Below, piece by piece: positions 29,134 to 37,359 of a stretch of DNA of 39,869 bases. The notes under the pieces were generated by a model that was not told the origin of the DNA, did no database searches, and worked only from the letters and a program-made list of their open reading frames with translations. Position numbers and translations under genes: made by a program. Each line of letters begins with the position of its first letter. Position 1 is the stretch's first letter. Origin of the DNA: an uncultured Candidatus Saccharibacteria bacterium (GTDB lineage Bacteria > Patescibacteriota > Minisyncoccia > Phycocordibacterales > UBA9973); the NCBI GenBank assembly GCA_964478575.1, contig CAYZIU010000001.1:1-39869 (forward strand), in the 5' to 3' direction.

Positions 29134-31359
29134 TTATTTCCTTACTTTTATATCTACAGTTGAAAAGTTGCCTGCAGTGTCGTAAGCAACAGCTCGTAGA
29201 GAGTACATTCCTGGTGTGAGGGCTACAGTGCTCCATCCGTATTTATATGGAGCGCTTGTATCTGAACCAATTAGAGTTTGTCCTTGGTAGAAGTCTACTT
29301 TTGCTATTCCGCTGGCATCACTCGCTTCCACTTTTATTTCTATAATTTCACCCAAAACAGTTGCTTTGTTTGCAGGCGAAACCATTGTTATTCTAGGGCT
29401 TTTTGTGTCTGTTTGTTCTGTTTCGTTATTACCACATCCACCAAAGAAACTATCTATTGGTCCGCAGTCATTGTCTTCATCAGGATCTTCAGTCTCTTCA
29501 ACCACTATAAATGTTGGGTTTTCAATTTTTATATAGCCAACACTAAATCCAGGCAAGAGAAGGGTGTTCAACATTCCAGATCCTTCTAATGTGGAAATCT
29601 GGTCTACCGGGTTATCTTCAAATCTACTTTTTCCGTAGCTGGCCTTTATAGAACTTCCTTCAACAAAATAATAATCAGCTTCAGTTGATTCTGTATTTAT
29701 TGTTTTGTCATCAATATTTATATTTTTTAGAGTTACTGTCTTTGCTGTTGTGTTTGCGATATGAATTACATAAGCGTCTCCATCTTTAAATGCATTAACA
29801 AACATTATGCCTGGATCGTTGTCGAATTCTGAGGTAATAGATACTTTGTCCATTTCACTCCAGAAGATGTCTTTCATTGTTAAGAATGAAAAATATGAAG
29901 CTCTTCTGTTTGGGTGAGAAGCTGAACTTGGAAATTCATCTAGAAGTTCACCTCCTTTTCTAGGAGAAATCATCGCATTTTTTACACCCTCTGTTCCCAT
30001 TGTGTGATAAGTTGAGAATTTTATAAATCCGTTGTGTTCACTATTTGAATTAACTAGGGCGTTTAGGATGTTGGTTGTGTGTATTGCGTGGAGCATTGTA
30101 TTACCGAATATTGCGTCTGTCTTATTTGGGTCTTGGTTAACATTCCATTCGGTAAACCACATTCCTTTGTCATCACCAAACAGGTCAGCATAGTAGTCTA
30201 GAAGTTTTGGAAAAGACTTACTGTCGGTGTCTCCAAATATGTCGGCTAGTTCTGATATTCCACAATCAAACCACTCGTTAACATTCGCAGCCTCCGTTGG
30301 TATGGTTGTACAGTCATCGAATCCACTGTAGTAATGAAAAACGTAATCGTCGTATCCATACGCATCCATTTGGCTTGCGAGTGCGATATTCCACTGTGAG
30401 TTGAAATCTCCATCTGCATCAAATCCTCCACCTTCCACTCCTTCTGTTTCTCCGAAAGACTTCTTAGGTGCTGCTGTTACAGCGAAAGGAACATTCGGAA
30501 GAACTTGTTTTACGGCTGTTTTGTAGGCGGCTGCATGGGTTAGATAGTTTGTTACAGCGGTTGGTCCCATTACAGCAGGATTTCCTGGGAGGTAAAAATT
30601 ACTTTTTGAATATTGTTCATTTCCAACTTCAACTCCAACAATATTTACCCCTTCATCAACTAAGAACTGAACTTGTTCAGCAACTTCCGCTGGGGTGTTG
30701 TTTTTAATATTCATTACAAACAAAACTCCTGCATCAAGGTCGTTTGCCATCTCAGCAAAATCGTGGATGTAGTTTCTAGGTTCAGCGTTTTGCTTTGCCT
30801 GTCCTGATTTATTTGGGTCGTCACCCGGTTGACCAATGAAATCGTATATTTCATCTTGGTATCCAACTCCACCTATTTCCTCGTCGGCCTCAATTCGATC
30901 TCTTTCTATGTTTCCGTATCCTCGTATTTCGTTGTCATCAGTTAAATTTGAAATCTCCTCGGATGTTAAAACGCTAGCTGCGTTTGTTGGAGCTTTGAAG
31001 TGATACCATTTTGTATTTCCTCCACTTGGAAATCTCAGAAGAGGTGTACCAAGTTCAGATACAAGGTTTTGCATATCTGTATCACCACCCCAATCAAATA
31101 GGTCGAAGTACTGAGCTGAAGAACTACCGTAAAGATTCTTGCTGACAGACTGAGGGTTTTCTGTGTTTATATTAAAAGTCACACCAACTGTGTCGTTTGG
31201 GTTTACAAGCCCAAGTAGAAAATTTCTACCGTCTTTTGTAATTAATCCCACTATTATTGCAAGAACGGCAAGAATAACTACTCCACCAAATAGTTTTACT
31301 GCGTCTTTTTCAGGATGATCTACACGGTTTGTAAAAGCAGGGCCATTTTTGTCTTCCAT
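29134..31359 (-). CDS. Membrane-anchored extracellular glycoside hydrolase-like protein (clan GH-A TIM barrel) with C-terminal Ig-like domain
   Basis: N-terminal TM (LFGGVVILAVLAIIVGLI). Putative acid/base 'VEVGNEQY' and nucleophile 'MWFTEWN'. C-terminal ~90 aa are Ig-like ('VEASDASGIAKVDFY..AYDTAGN'). Confidence 0.5.
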   Translation of the reverse strand: MEDKNGPAFTNRVDHPEKDAVKLFGGVVILAVLAIIVGLITKDGRNFLLGLVNPNDTVGVTFNINTENPQSVSKNLYGSSSAQYFDLFDWGGDTDMQNLVSELGTPLLRFPSGGNTKWYHFKAPTNAASVLTSEEISNLTDDNEIRGYGNIERDRIEADEEIGGVGYQDEIYDFIGQPGDDPNKSGQAKQNAEPRNYIHDFAEMANDLDAGVLFVMNIKNNTPAEVAEQVQFLVDEGVNIVGVEVGNEQYSKSNFYLPGNPAVMGPTAVTNYLTHAAAYKTAVKQVLPNVPFAVTAAPKKSFGETEGVEGGGFDADGDFNSQWNIALASQMDAYGYDDYVFHYYSGFDDCTTIPTEAANVNEWFDCGISELADIFGDTDSKSFPKLLDYYADLFGDDKGMWFTEWNVNQDPNKTDAIFGNTMLHAIHTTNILNALVNSNSEHNGFIKFSTYHTMGTEGVKNAMISPRKGGELLDEFPSSASHPNRRASYFSFLTMKDIFWSEMDKVSITSEFDNDPGIMFVNAFKDGDAYVIHIANTTAKTVTLKNINIDDKTINTESTEADYYFVEGSSIKASYGKSRFEDNPVDQISTLEGSGMLNTLLLPGFSVGYIKIENPTFIVVEETEDPDEDNDCGPIDSFFGGCGNNETEQTDTKSPRITMVSPANKATVLGEIIEIKVEASDASGIAKVDFYQGQTLIGSDTSAPYKYGWSTVALTPGMYSLRAVAYDTAGNFSTVDIKVRK

Positions 31360-31414
31360 AAGTAATATTTAGTGGCGCTCTATTTCCGCTTTAGCGGTGC
31401 CACCTTTGATTAAA

Positions 31415-32437
31415 TTATATCAGAGATTTGTATTTAATAGCAACTTCTTGGATGATTTTTTCCGGTTGAAAGAAGCTGTTTAGTTTCCAGGTGTAAAAGG
31501 TTGTTTTTATTGGGGTTTTACCTTCATAAACAATTTCTACTACACCCGCTTCCATTGTCTTTTCAGAGAACTTTTGATCGAAAATAAAGTTTCCTAAACT
31601 ATAAAAAATTAAACTGTCCTTATACTTTTCTGTCCCTTGAATTACATGAGGATGATGTCCGATTATTACATCTGCTCCGCTGTCTATTATTTTGTGCGCA
31701 TATTCTTGCTGTCTTCCATTGTATTCTTTATATTCGTCACCCCAGTGAATTGAGACAATTAAAACATCAACTTCTGTTTTTGCTTCTGATACTATTTGAG
31801 AGAGAGACGGATCAGCTAGAAGAAGAATGCCGGGGGAGGATTCTTCTGCTTTTATCCAGACAGGACCAACATCACTAAATGCCAGAAATCCAAACTTTGT
31901 TCCATTTTTTTCTATTACATCCACTTCGCTTGCTTCGGCTTTTGATCCTCCGGCGCCGGCAATGATAATTTCAGTGCTACTAGCGCGCAGAAGAGTGTCA
32001 GTAAAGGCAGAAACATTCCAGTCGCCGACATGGTTGTTGGCGAAAGACAAAACATCAAATCCAGTTTCTTTGAGTGCCGGGAAAACCTCAGGGCTCATTC
32101 TGAAGGAGTATTTACTACCGACATTATTTCCTTTGTCTGAAATTGGCCCTTCAAGATTACCAAATAGAATATCGGCTCCAGATAAAGTTTCTTTTGTGTA
32201 ATCAAAAAGACTGAGATATGAACCATTTAAGTTGTTAATAACGCTACTTTTTACCCCTCGGTCTAGCATCAAGTCACCAACGAAAACAAGTTTCGTTGTT
32301 TGCGGTTCTTTTTTTATTTGGAGAGGGGAGTCGGCGCCGACTCTGTCAGATAGTTTGGGGTTTACAAAGACGGCAAGAGAGACAACTATTAATAGAAAAA
32401 ATAAAATTAAAAATAATTTTTTAAATAAAGAAGCCAT
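31415..32437 (-). CDS. CapA/PGA_cap-family metallophosphatase-like protein (poly-gamma-glutamate capsule synthesis type), signal-anchored
   Basis: 'VFVGDLMLDRGV', 'FGNLEGPIS', 'FANNHVGDW', 'SIHWGDEY', 'GHHPHVIQG'. ATG 32437 is preferred (the ORF track uses TTG 32443). Overlaps the rnr 3' end. Confidence 0.7.
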   Translation of the reverse strand: MASLFKKLFLILFFLLIVVSLAVFVNPKLSDRVGADSPLQIKKEPQTTKLVFVGDLMLDRGVKSSVINNLNGSYLSLFDYTKETLSGADILFGNLEGPISDKGNNVGSKYSFRMSPEVFPALKETGFDVLSFANNHVGDWNVSAFTDTLLRASSTEIIIAGAGGSKAEASEVDVIEKNGTKFGFLAFSDVGPVWIKAEESSPGILLLADPSLSQIVSEAKTEVDVLIVSIHWGDEYKEYNGRQQEYAHKIIDSGADVIIGHHPHVIQGTEKYKDSLIFYSLGNFIFDQKFSEKTMEAGVVEIVYEGKTPIKTTFYTWKLNSFFQPEKIIQEVAIKYKSLI

Positions 32438-34334
32438 AGTCAACAGTCCTAGATATTGGATCTGCTTTTAATACTCTTACTTTTATTTTGTCTCCAAGTC
32501 TGAATTTTCTTTTTGGCGAAGAGAGGGTGTACTTCTTTTCGTCGAATTCATACTCTTCTTTTGGTAGGTTTGAGACATGTACAAATCCTTCACTTCCAGA
32601 AATAAGATCGGCAACAAAGAATCCGTAAGCTGTGACACCTGTTATGATTCCATCTCGATCTTGTCCAATATATGAGCTCATATATTCTACTTGTTTTGTT
32701 TTTATTGAAGTTCGTTCTGCTTCGGACGCTTGTTTTTCTCTTTCACTTGAGTGCAGAGACGCTTTTTCATACCATTTCCAAGATTCCTTTTCGATGTGTT
32801 TTCCAGTTAGATAAGTCTGAAGTAGTCTGTGGACTATTAAGTCTGGGTATCTTCGAATGGGAGACGTGAAGTGAGTGTAATCCTCGAAACCAAGTCCGTA
32901 GTGTCCGATATTTTTTGTAGAGTAAATTGCTTTTGCCATTGTTCGAGCAACGAGGCTCTCAACCATCGCTTGTTCGGGTTTGTCTTTTACCATTTCGACA
33001 AGAGCACTGAAATCTTTTATTGAGATTTTGTCCTCTTCTTTTTTCATAGAATACCCAAGAGAGGAGACGAAGTGAACCAAGTCTCTAACTCGATCTCTAT
33101 CTGGCATGTCGTGGATTCTGTATACGAATATGTTCTCACCGGTTTTTTCTTTTATGAACTCAGCAACAACCTTGTTGGCGAGAAGCATGAACTCCTCAAT
33201 CATTTTATGAGAGTCTCCTCGAACTTTCTTATATACATCAACAGGGAATCCTTTCTCATCCAGTCTGAATTTGTATTCTTCTCCTTCAAGAGAGAGAGTT
33301 CCTTTTTGTCGTCTTTCTTTGTAGAGTTCTTTTGCGATTTTGTTTAGGGTAACTAGTTCGTTTGAATATTCTCCAGCCTCCTTTTCCATAATTTCTCCCG
33401 CTTCCTCATAAGAGAATCTTCGGTCTGAGTGAATGACTGTTTTTCCAATCCACTTGTCATAAATTTTTCCTGTAAGGTCCATTTCCATAATTGCAGAAAA
33501 TGTAAGTCTGTCTTGTTTTGGAACTAGAGAACAAAGGTTGTCAGATAGAACTGAAGGTAACATCGGAATTGTTCGGTCAACAAGATAAACAGAAGTTGCT
33601 CTGTTGTAAGCTTCTTGATCGAGGGCGGTCTTTTGTCTAACGAAATGAGAAACGTCAGCAATATGAACTCCGATTTCGTAGTGGCCGTTTGGTAATTCGC
33701 GGAAGGAGAGTGCATCGTCAAAGTCTTTTGCGTCCACCGGATCTATTGTGCAAGTAAAAATTCCTCGAATGTCTCGTCTTCCTTCAAGGTCTTCTTCTGT
33801 AATTCCTCTTTTTTCTATAATATCCGCTTCGGCGATAACTTCCGGTGGGAAGTGTGGGTCAAATCCTCTTTCGAGAACTATTCCTTCCATTAGTGCGTTG
33901 TGTGTGAGAGTTTCTCCCAGAATTCTTTCAATCTTAACCTTTGGGCTTAGTCCGATTTCCCAAGAATCTAAAGTGGCGTAGACAAACATTCCGAGTTTTA
34001 TTTTTTTGTCGTCTTTTATTATTTCGAAATCTGTATCAATCTTCGGATCATCAGGATGAAGGGAAAGAACATTGTTTTTTTCTACAATAGTTCCAGCAAA
34101 ACCAGTTCGGCCTCTTTTTTCAATAGAAACAACCTTGGCATATGTTCGTCCACGGTTTTTGTGTTTCCATTCGAATTTGATTGTGTCTCCGTGCAGGGCA
34201 CGATTGCGGTCTTCGAAGTCTATAAAGTATATATTTCTCTTATCATCAAAGACTGTTGCAGTCCCTCTAGCTGAGACAGAAATGACCCCGAGCAGTTGAG
34301 GTCCTTTGGTCTCGTTTTGGTTAGTATTATTCAC
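32421..34334 (-). CDS. rnr: Ribonuclease R (RNB family 3'-5' exoribonuclease) with C-terminal S1 domain
   Basis: RNB motifs 'IDPVDAKDFDDALS', 'YLVDRTIPMLP', 'HFTSPIRRYPDLIVHR'. C-terminal S1-like 'GIITGVTAYGFFV'. GTG start at 34334. Confidence 0.85.
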   Translation of the reverse strand: MNNTNQNETKGPQLLGVISVSARGTATVFDDKRNIYFIDFEDRNRALHGDTIKFEWKHKNRGRTYAKVVSIEKRGRTGFAGTIVEKNNVLSLHPDDPKIDTDFEIIKDDKKIKLGMFVYATLDSWEIGLSPKVKIERILGETLTHNALMEGIVLERGFDPHFPPEVIAEADIIEKRGITEEDLEGRRDIRGIFTCTIDPVDAKDFDDALSFRELPNGHYEIGVHIADVSHFVRQKTALDQEAYNRATSVYLVDRTIPMLPSVLSDNLCSLVPKQDRLTFSAIMEMDLTGKIYDKWIGKTVIHSDRRFSYEEAGEIMEKEAGEYSNELVTLNKIAKELYKERRQKGTLSLEGEEYKFRLDEKGFPVDVYKKVRGDSHKMIEEFMLLANKVVAEFIKEKTGENIFVYRIHDMPDRDRVRDLVHFVSSLGYSMKKEEDKISIKDFSALVEMVKDKPEQAMVESLVARTMAKAIYSTKNIGHYGLGFEDYTHFTSPIRRYPDLIVHRLLQTYLTGKHIEKESWKWYEKASLHSSEREKQASEAERTSIKTKQVEYMSSYIGQDRDGIITGVTAYGFFVADLISGSEGFVHVSNLPKEEYEFDEKKYTLSSPKRKFRLGDKIKVRVLKADPISRTVDYGFFI

Positions 34335-34340
34335 CTTTAC

Positions 34341-34349
34341 AATATATCA
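34341..34349 (-). promoter_or_regulatory. Extended -10 promoter TGaTATATT (minus) ending 6 nt before the rnr GTG start
   Basis: The reverse complement reads GTGATATATT-gtaaag-GTG. Confidence 0.5.
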
Positions 34350-34391
34350 CTTTATGTTATTTTTGGGGATATTGATATTTTTCCATAAGTC

Positions 34392-34400
34392 TGGTAGTAT
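34392..34400 (+). promoter_or_regulatory. Extended -10 promoter TGgTAGTAT for rpsP
   Basis: TGgTAGTAT, 11 nt before the ATG. It is divergent from the rnr promoter. Confidence 0.5.
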
Positions 34401-34411
34401 CAGAAACACAT

Positions 34412-34714
34412 ATGATAATAATCAGACTTCAAAGAATAGGAAGAAAAAACGAGGCGCATTTCCGCCTTATTGCCACTGACAGCAAGAATTCAGCAAAAAC
34501 TGGTAAGTTTTTGGAAGTTGTAGGTACTTATAACCCACACTCTAAGGCTCTAACAGTTAAGAAAGACAGAGTTGACTCTTATATAAAAAATGGAGCTCAA
34601 GTTTCTGACACAGTTCACAATCTTTTCGTTAAGAACGGAATGAAAGAAGGAAAGAAGAAGAACGTGCTTTCTAAAAAGGCTCCAACTAAGCCTCGAAAAG
34701 AAGCTAAGAAATAA
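34412..34714 (+). CDS. rpsP: 30S ribosomal protein S16
   Basis: 'MIIIRLQRIGRKNEAHFRLIATDS..GKFLEVVGTYNP', with a basic C-terminal extension. Confidence 0.9.
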   Translation: MIIIRLQRIGRKNEAHFRLIATDSKNSAKTGKFLEVVGTYNPHSKALTVKKDRVDSYIKNGAQVSDTVHNLFVKNGMKEGKKKNVLSKKAPTKPRKEAKK

Positions 34715-34720
34715 AGAACA

Positions 34721-34760
34721 AGAGGTTATCAAGCTTTGTTTGATTGACCTCTTTTTCTTT
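34721..34760 (+). terminator. Terminator/attenuator hairpin between rpsP and the KH gene
   Basis: AGAGGT..ATCAA-gctttgt-TTGAT..ACCTCT followed by TTTTTCTTT. Confidence 0.55.
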
Positions 34761-34841
34761 GCACGATAAAATGAATGCAGAGCAGAATCGGGTCCGACTG
34801 CTTCTCTAGAAATTAGAAGATAAGAATTTTGATAGAAATTT

Positions 34842-35165
34842 ATGAACGACGATAAAGCATTTCTCGAATATGTAGTAAAAGCACTAGTAGATAACCCAAA
34901 CGATGTAAAGATTGATCGAACAGTTGATGAAATGGGAGTTCTCGTTTCTCTAACAGTCCACAAGGATGATATGGGTAAAATAATTGGTCGCCAAGGAAAC
35001 ACAGCAAAGGCAATCCGAACACTACTAAGAGTTATTGGAATGAAAAACAATGCTCGAGTAAACCTAAAGATTAATGAACCGGAAGGCGGAATGGGAGGAG
35101 TATCTACAATGGGAGCAAGCGCTTCTGCAGTAGATGCTGCAATGGAAGATTTGAAAGGAATCTAA
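34842..35165 (+). CDS. KH-domain RNA-binding protein (YlqC/UPF0109 type)
   Basis: 'LVDNPNDVKID...VLVSLTVHKDDMGKIIGRQGNTAKAIRTLL' with a GxxG KH loop. It sits in the conserved position after rpsP. Confidence 0.75.
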   Translation: MNDDKAFLEYVVKALVDNPNDVKIDRTVDEMGVLVSLTVHKDDMGKIIGRQGNTAKAIRTLLRVIGMKNNARVNLKINEPEGGMGGVSTMGASASAVDAAMEDLKGI

Positions 35166-35178
35166 TTTAAAGAATATA

Positions 35179-35212
35179 AAAAATCACCTCAAGAAACTGG
35201 GGTGATTTTTTG
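35179..35212 (+). terminator. Rho-independent terminator after the KH gene
   Basis: AATCACC..GGTGATT stem followed by TTTTTT. Confidence 0.7.
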
Positions 35213-35213
35213 T

Positions 35214-35242
35214 TTGACAAAAGCTTTTATTTATTATATAAA
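35214..35242 (+). promoter_or_regulatory. Promoter TTGACA-N17-TATAAA for orphan gene 35262
   Basis: Consensus -35 at 35214-35219, a 17-nt spacer, and -10 at 35237-35242. Confidence 0.6.
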
Positions 35243-35261
35243 CAAGAAAAAGCACATTGTT

Positions 35262-35810
35262 ATGAATAAAACTAGATTAGTTTTTTCTACAGATAAAAAA
35301 AGCTGTAGAATCTCTTTTTCAAACGGTAAGGAGAGCGATTTTTTTGAAGCAATGGATGATTTGTTCCTTGCCCTAAAAGATATGGTAAAGAAAGGCAAGA
35401 TAACCAAAGAGGATTCAGTGGATCTCTGGGGGCAAACTCTGGATGGGGAAATTGAGTTTTCTTCCAAAGTGGTTACGGCTGTAGCGTTAATGATTCCAAA
35501 GGATAAGGAGGATAAGGGCGATGGGAAAGAAAAAAGCCCTGGTTTTTCAGAAGAACTTGTAAAAGTTTACAAAAAGGCAACCCAAAATATGGAATTGCCG
35601 GGGTTCTATCCCTGCATCTTTTGTGAAATCAAAGATCACTATCATCTGTTTTTTAAAGAATATATGTCTCCAGTTATTCGAAGTAAATCTGAGGCAAGAA
35701 CATATCTGGAATTTGATTTCTTCGAAAACAGGGTAACGGTAGAAGAAAAAGTTATTTTAGATTTACAAATAGACCAAGCACAAATACCAGAATTTATTAG
35801 TCAAAACTGA
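35262..35810 (+). CDS. Hypothetical protein (orphan) inserted between the KH gene and trmD
   Basis: 182-aa ORF with its own TTGACA-N17-TATAAA promoter and terminator. It is the only gene in the window ending in TGA. The ORF-track N-terminal extension crosses the upstream terminator. Confidence 0.45.
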   Translation: MNKTRLVFSTDKKSCRISFSNGKESDFFEAMDDLFLALKDMVKKGKITKEDSVDLWGQTLDGEIEFSSKVVTAVALMIPKDKEDKGDGKEKSPGFSEELVKVYKKATQNMELPGFYPCIFCEIKDHYHLFFKEYMSPVIRSKSEARTYLEFDFFENRVTVEEKVILDLQIDQAQIPEFISQN

Positions 35811-35828
35811 ATTATCTTTTTTCAAATA

Positions 35829-35858
35829 ACAAAGCGATCTGTTGAAGGTCGCTTTTTG
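35829..35858 (+). terminator. Rho-independent terminator after orphan gene 35262
   Basis: AAGCGA(35831-35836)/TCGCTT(35848-35853) followed by a T-run. Confidence 0.65.
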
Positions 35859-35874
35859 TTTTCTCCTATTTATT

Positions 35875-35883
35875 TGCTATAAG
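35875..35883 (+). promoter_or_regulatory. Extended -10 promoter TGcTATAAG ending 6 nt before the trmD ATG
   Basis: TGcTATAAG-ttaatt-ATG, downstream of the orphan gene's terminator. Confidence 0.5.
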
Positions 35884-35889
35884 TTAATT

Positions 35890-36582
35890 ATGAATTTTCA
35901 TATCATTACATTATTTCCGGAAGCATTTGATAGCTATTTTGATAGCTCTATTATTGCTCGGGCTATAAAGGAAAAAAAGATAAAAGTGGCTTTCTATAAC
36001 CCACGCAAATTTGTGACTGGAAAATACAAAAAAGTTTGGCCTGATGGAAATATATCGGCTCAAGTTGATGATCGTCCTTATGCGGGAGGTCCCGGAATGA
36101 TTCTGCGTGCAGAGCCAATCATTAAAACCGTTGAATCAATCCTAAAGAAGCTAACAGCTAACAGCTCAAAGCTGAAAGCTAATGTTAAGATAATTAACTT
36201 TGTTCCAAGTGGTAAGAAATTTACAAATGATTACGCTAAGACAACAGCACAGAAATACACTGACATTATTCTCATTTGCGGACGATATGAAGGAATAGAT
36301 GCACGAGTAGACAAAATATTGAAGACTGAAAAAATTTCAATTGGAGATTATGTTTTAACGGGCGGGGAATTGCCAGCAATGGTTGTTATTGATTGTATGG
36401 CCAGACAAGTTCCGGGAGTTTTGGGAAAGTTTGAGTCTCTAGAAGAAGAAAGAATTTCTTCAAGCGAGTTTTATACTCGACCAGAAATCCTTGAACATAA
36501 AGGTAAAAAATATCGTGTGCCTAAAGTTCTACTTTCAGGAGATCATAAAAAAATAGAAGAATGGAAGAAAGGGAAAAAGTAA
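35890..36582 (+). CDS. trmD: tRNA (guanine37-N1)-methyltransferase
   Basis: 'FHIITLFPEAF', 'DDRPYAGGPGMIL', 'LICGRYEGIDARV', 'ISIGDYVLTGGELPAMVVID'. Confidence 0.9.
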   Translation: MNFHIITLFPEAFDSYFDSSIIARAIKEKKIKVAFYNPRKFVTGKYKKVWPDGNISAQVDDRPYAGGPGMILRAEPIIKTVESILKKLTANSSKLKANVKIINFVPSGKKFTNDYAKTTAQKYTDIILICGRYEGIDARVDKILKTEKISIGDYVLTGGELPAMVVIDCMARQVPGVLGKFESLEEERISSSEFYTRPEILEHKGKKYRVPKVLLSGDHKKIEEWKKGKK

Positions 36583-37310
36583 TTATTTTATACAAGAAAG
36601 AAGGGGAGACTCCGCTTGAGTGTATTAATCGTGCAAAAGAGGAGGGAATTATTCCGAAGGATGAAAAGGCAACTTATGCGGGACGGCTTGATCCAATGGC
36701 GGAAGGACTTTTGATTGTTTTGACTGGAGAGTCTGTTCACAAGAAAGAGGAATATTTAAAGCTTTCAAAGGAATACGAGGTAGAAGTATTATTAGGAATT
36801 TCTACTGATACTGGGGATGTTTTGGGTTTAATAAAAGAAAGTAAATTTAACCCAGAAATTTTAGAAGAAAAAATACAGGAGGTGTTGAAAAATTGTGAAG
36901 GGGAATTTGAGGAAGAGTATCCAAAATTTTCATCGAAAACAATTGACGGAAAACCACTTTTTTCTCTGGCTCGTCTTGGTCATATTTTCAAATCTCCAAA
37001 GCATAAAGTAATAATTAATTCTATTTTTTTGCATAGTATTAGAAATACTAATCTTTTAGAAGTTGCGAATGAATCAATCGAAAGAATAAAAAAAGTAAAA
37101 GGGGATTTCCGACAGGAAGAAATAATTGCAGGGTGGAATAATCTAAAAAATATTTCGGGAAATGAAAATGTTTTAGTTATTTCAATAAAAGTTTCTTGTG
37201 AGAGCGGGGCATATATGCGAGTGCTTGCTGAAAAAATAGGGAAGTCCCTCGGATATCCTGCTTCGGCTCTGCGTATAAAAAGGACAAAAGTAGGGAAATA
37301 CAGTCTGTAA
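36561..37310 (+). CDS. truB: tRNA pseudouridine synthase, TruB family (no PUA domain seen)
   Basis: Catalytic Asp motif 'AGRLDPMAEGLLIVLTGE'. 249 aa. Overlaps the trmD 3' end by 22 nt. Confidence 0.65.
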   Translation: MEEREKVIILYKKEGETPLECINRAKEEGIIPKDEKATYAGRLDPMAEGLLIVLTGESVHKKEEYLKLSKEYEVEVLLGISTDTGDVLGLIKESKFNPEILEEKIQEVLKNCEGEFEEEYPKFSSKTIDGKPLFSLARLGHIFKSPKHKVIINSIFLHSIRNTNLLEVANESIERIKKVKGDFRQEEIIAGWNNLKNISGNENVLVISIKVSCESGAYMRVLAEKIGKSLGYPASALRIKRTKVGKYSL

Positions 37311-37315
37311 TCTTT

Positions 37316-37343
37316 TTGACAAAACAAATATTTCTGATATAGT
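37316..37343 (+). promoter_or_regulatory. Promoter TTGACA-N16-TGaTATAGT for gene 37360
   Basis: -35 at 37316-37321 and an extended -10 at 37335-37343. Confidence 0.6.
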
Positions 37344-37359
37344 GAAGAAAAATTGTTTT

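Noticed and set aside
31360-31371. A leaderless-type -10 (TAAATA-N6-ATG) for the glycosidase gene
   Set aside because: The hexamer matches the -10 consensus poorly (3 of 6), so it was not counted in the leaderless tally.
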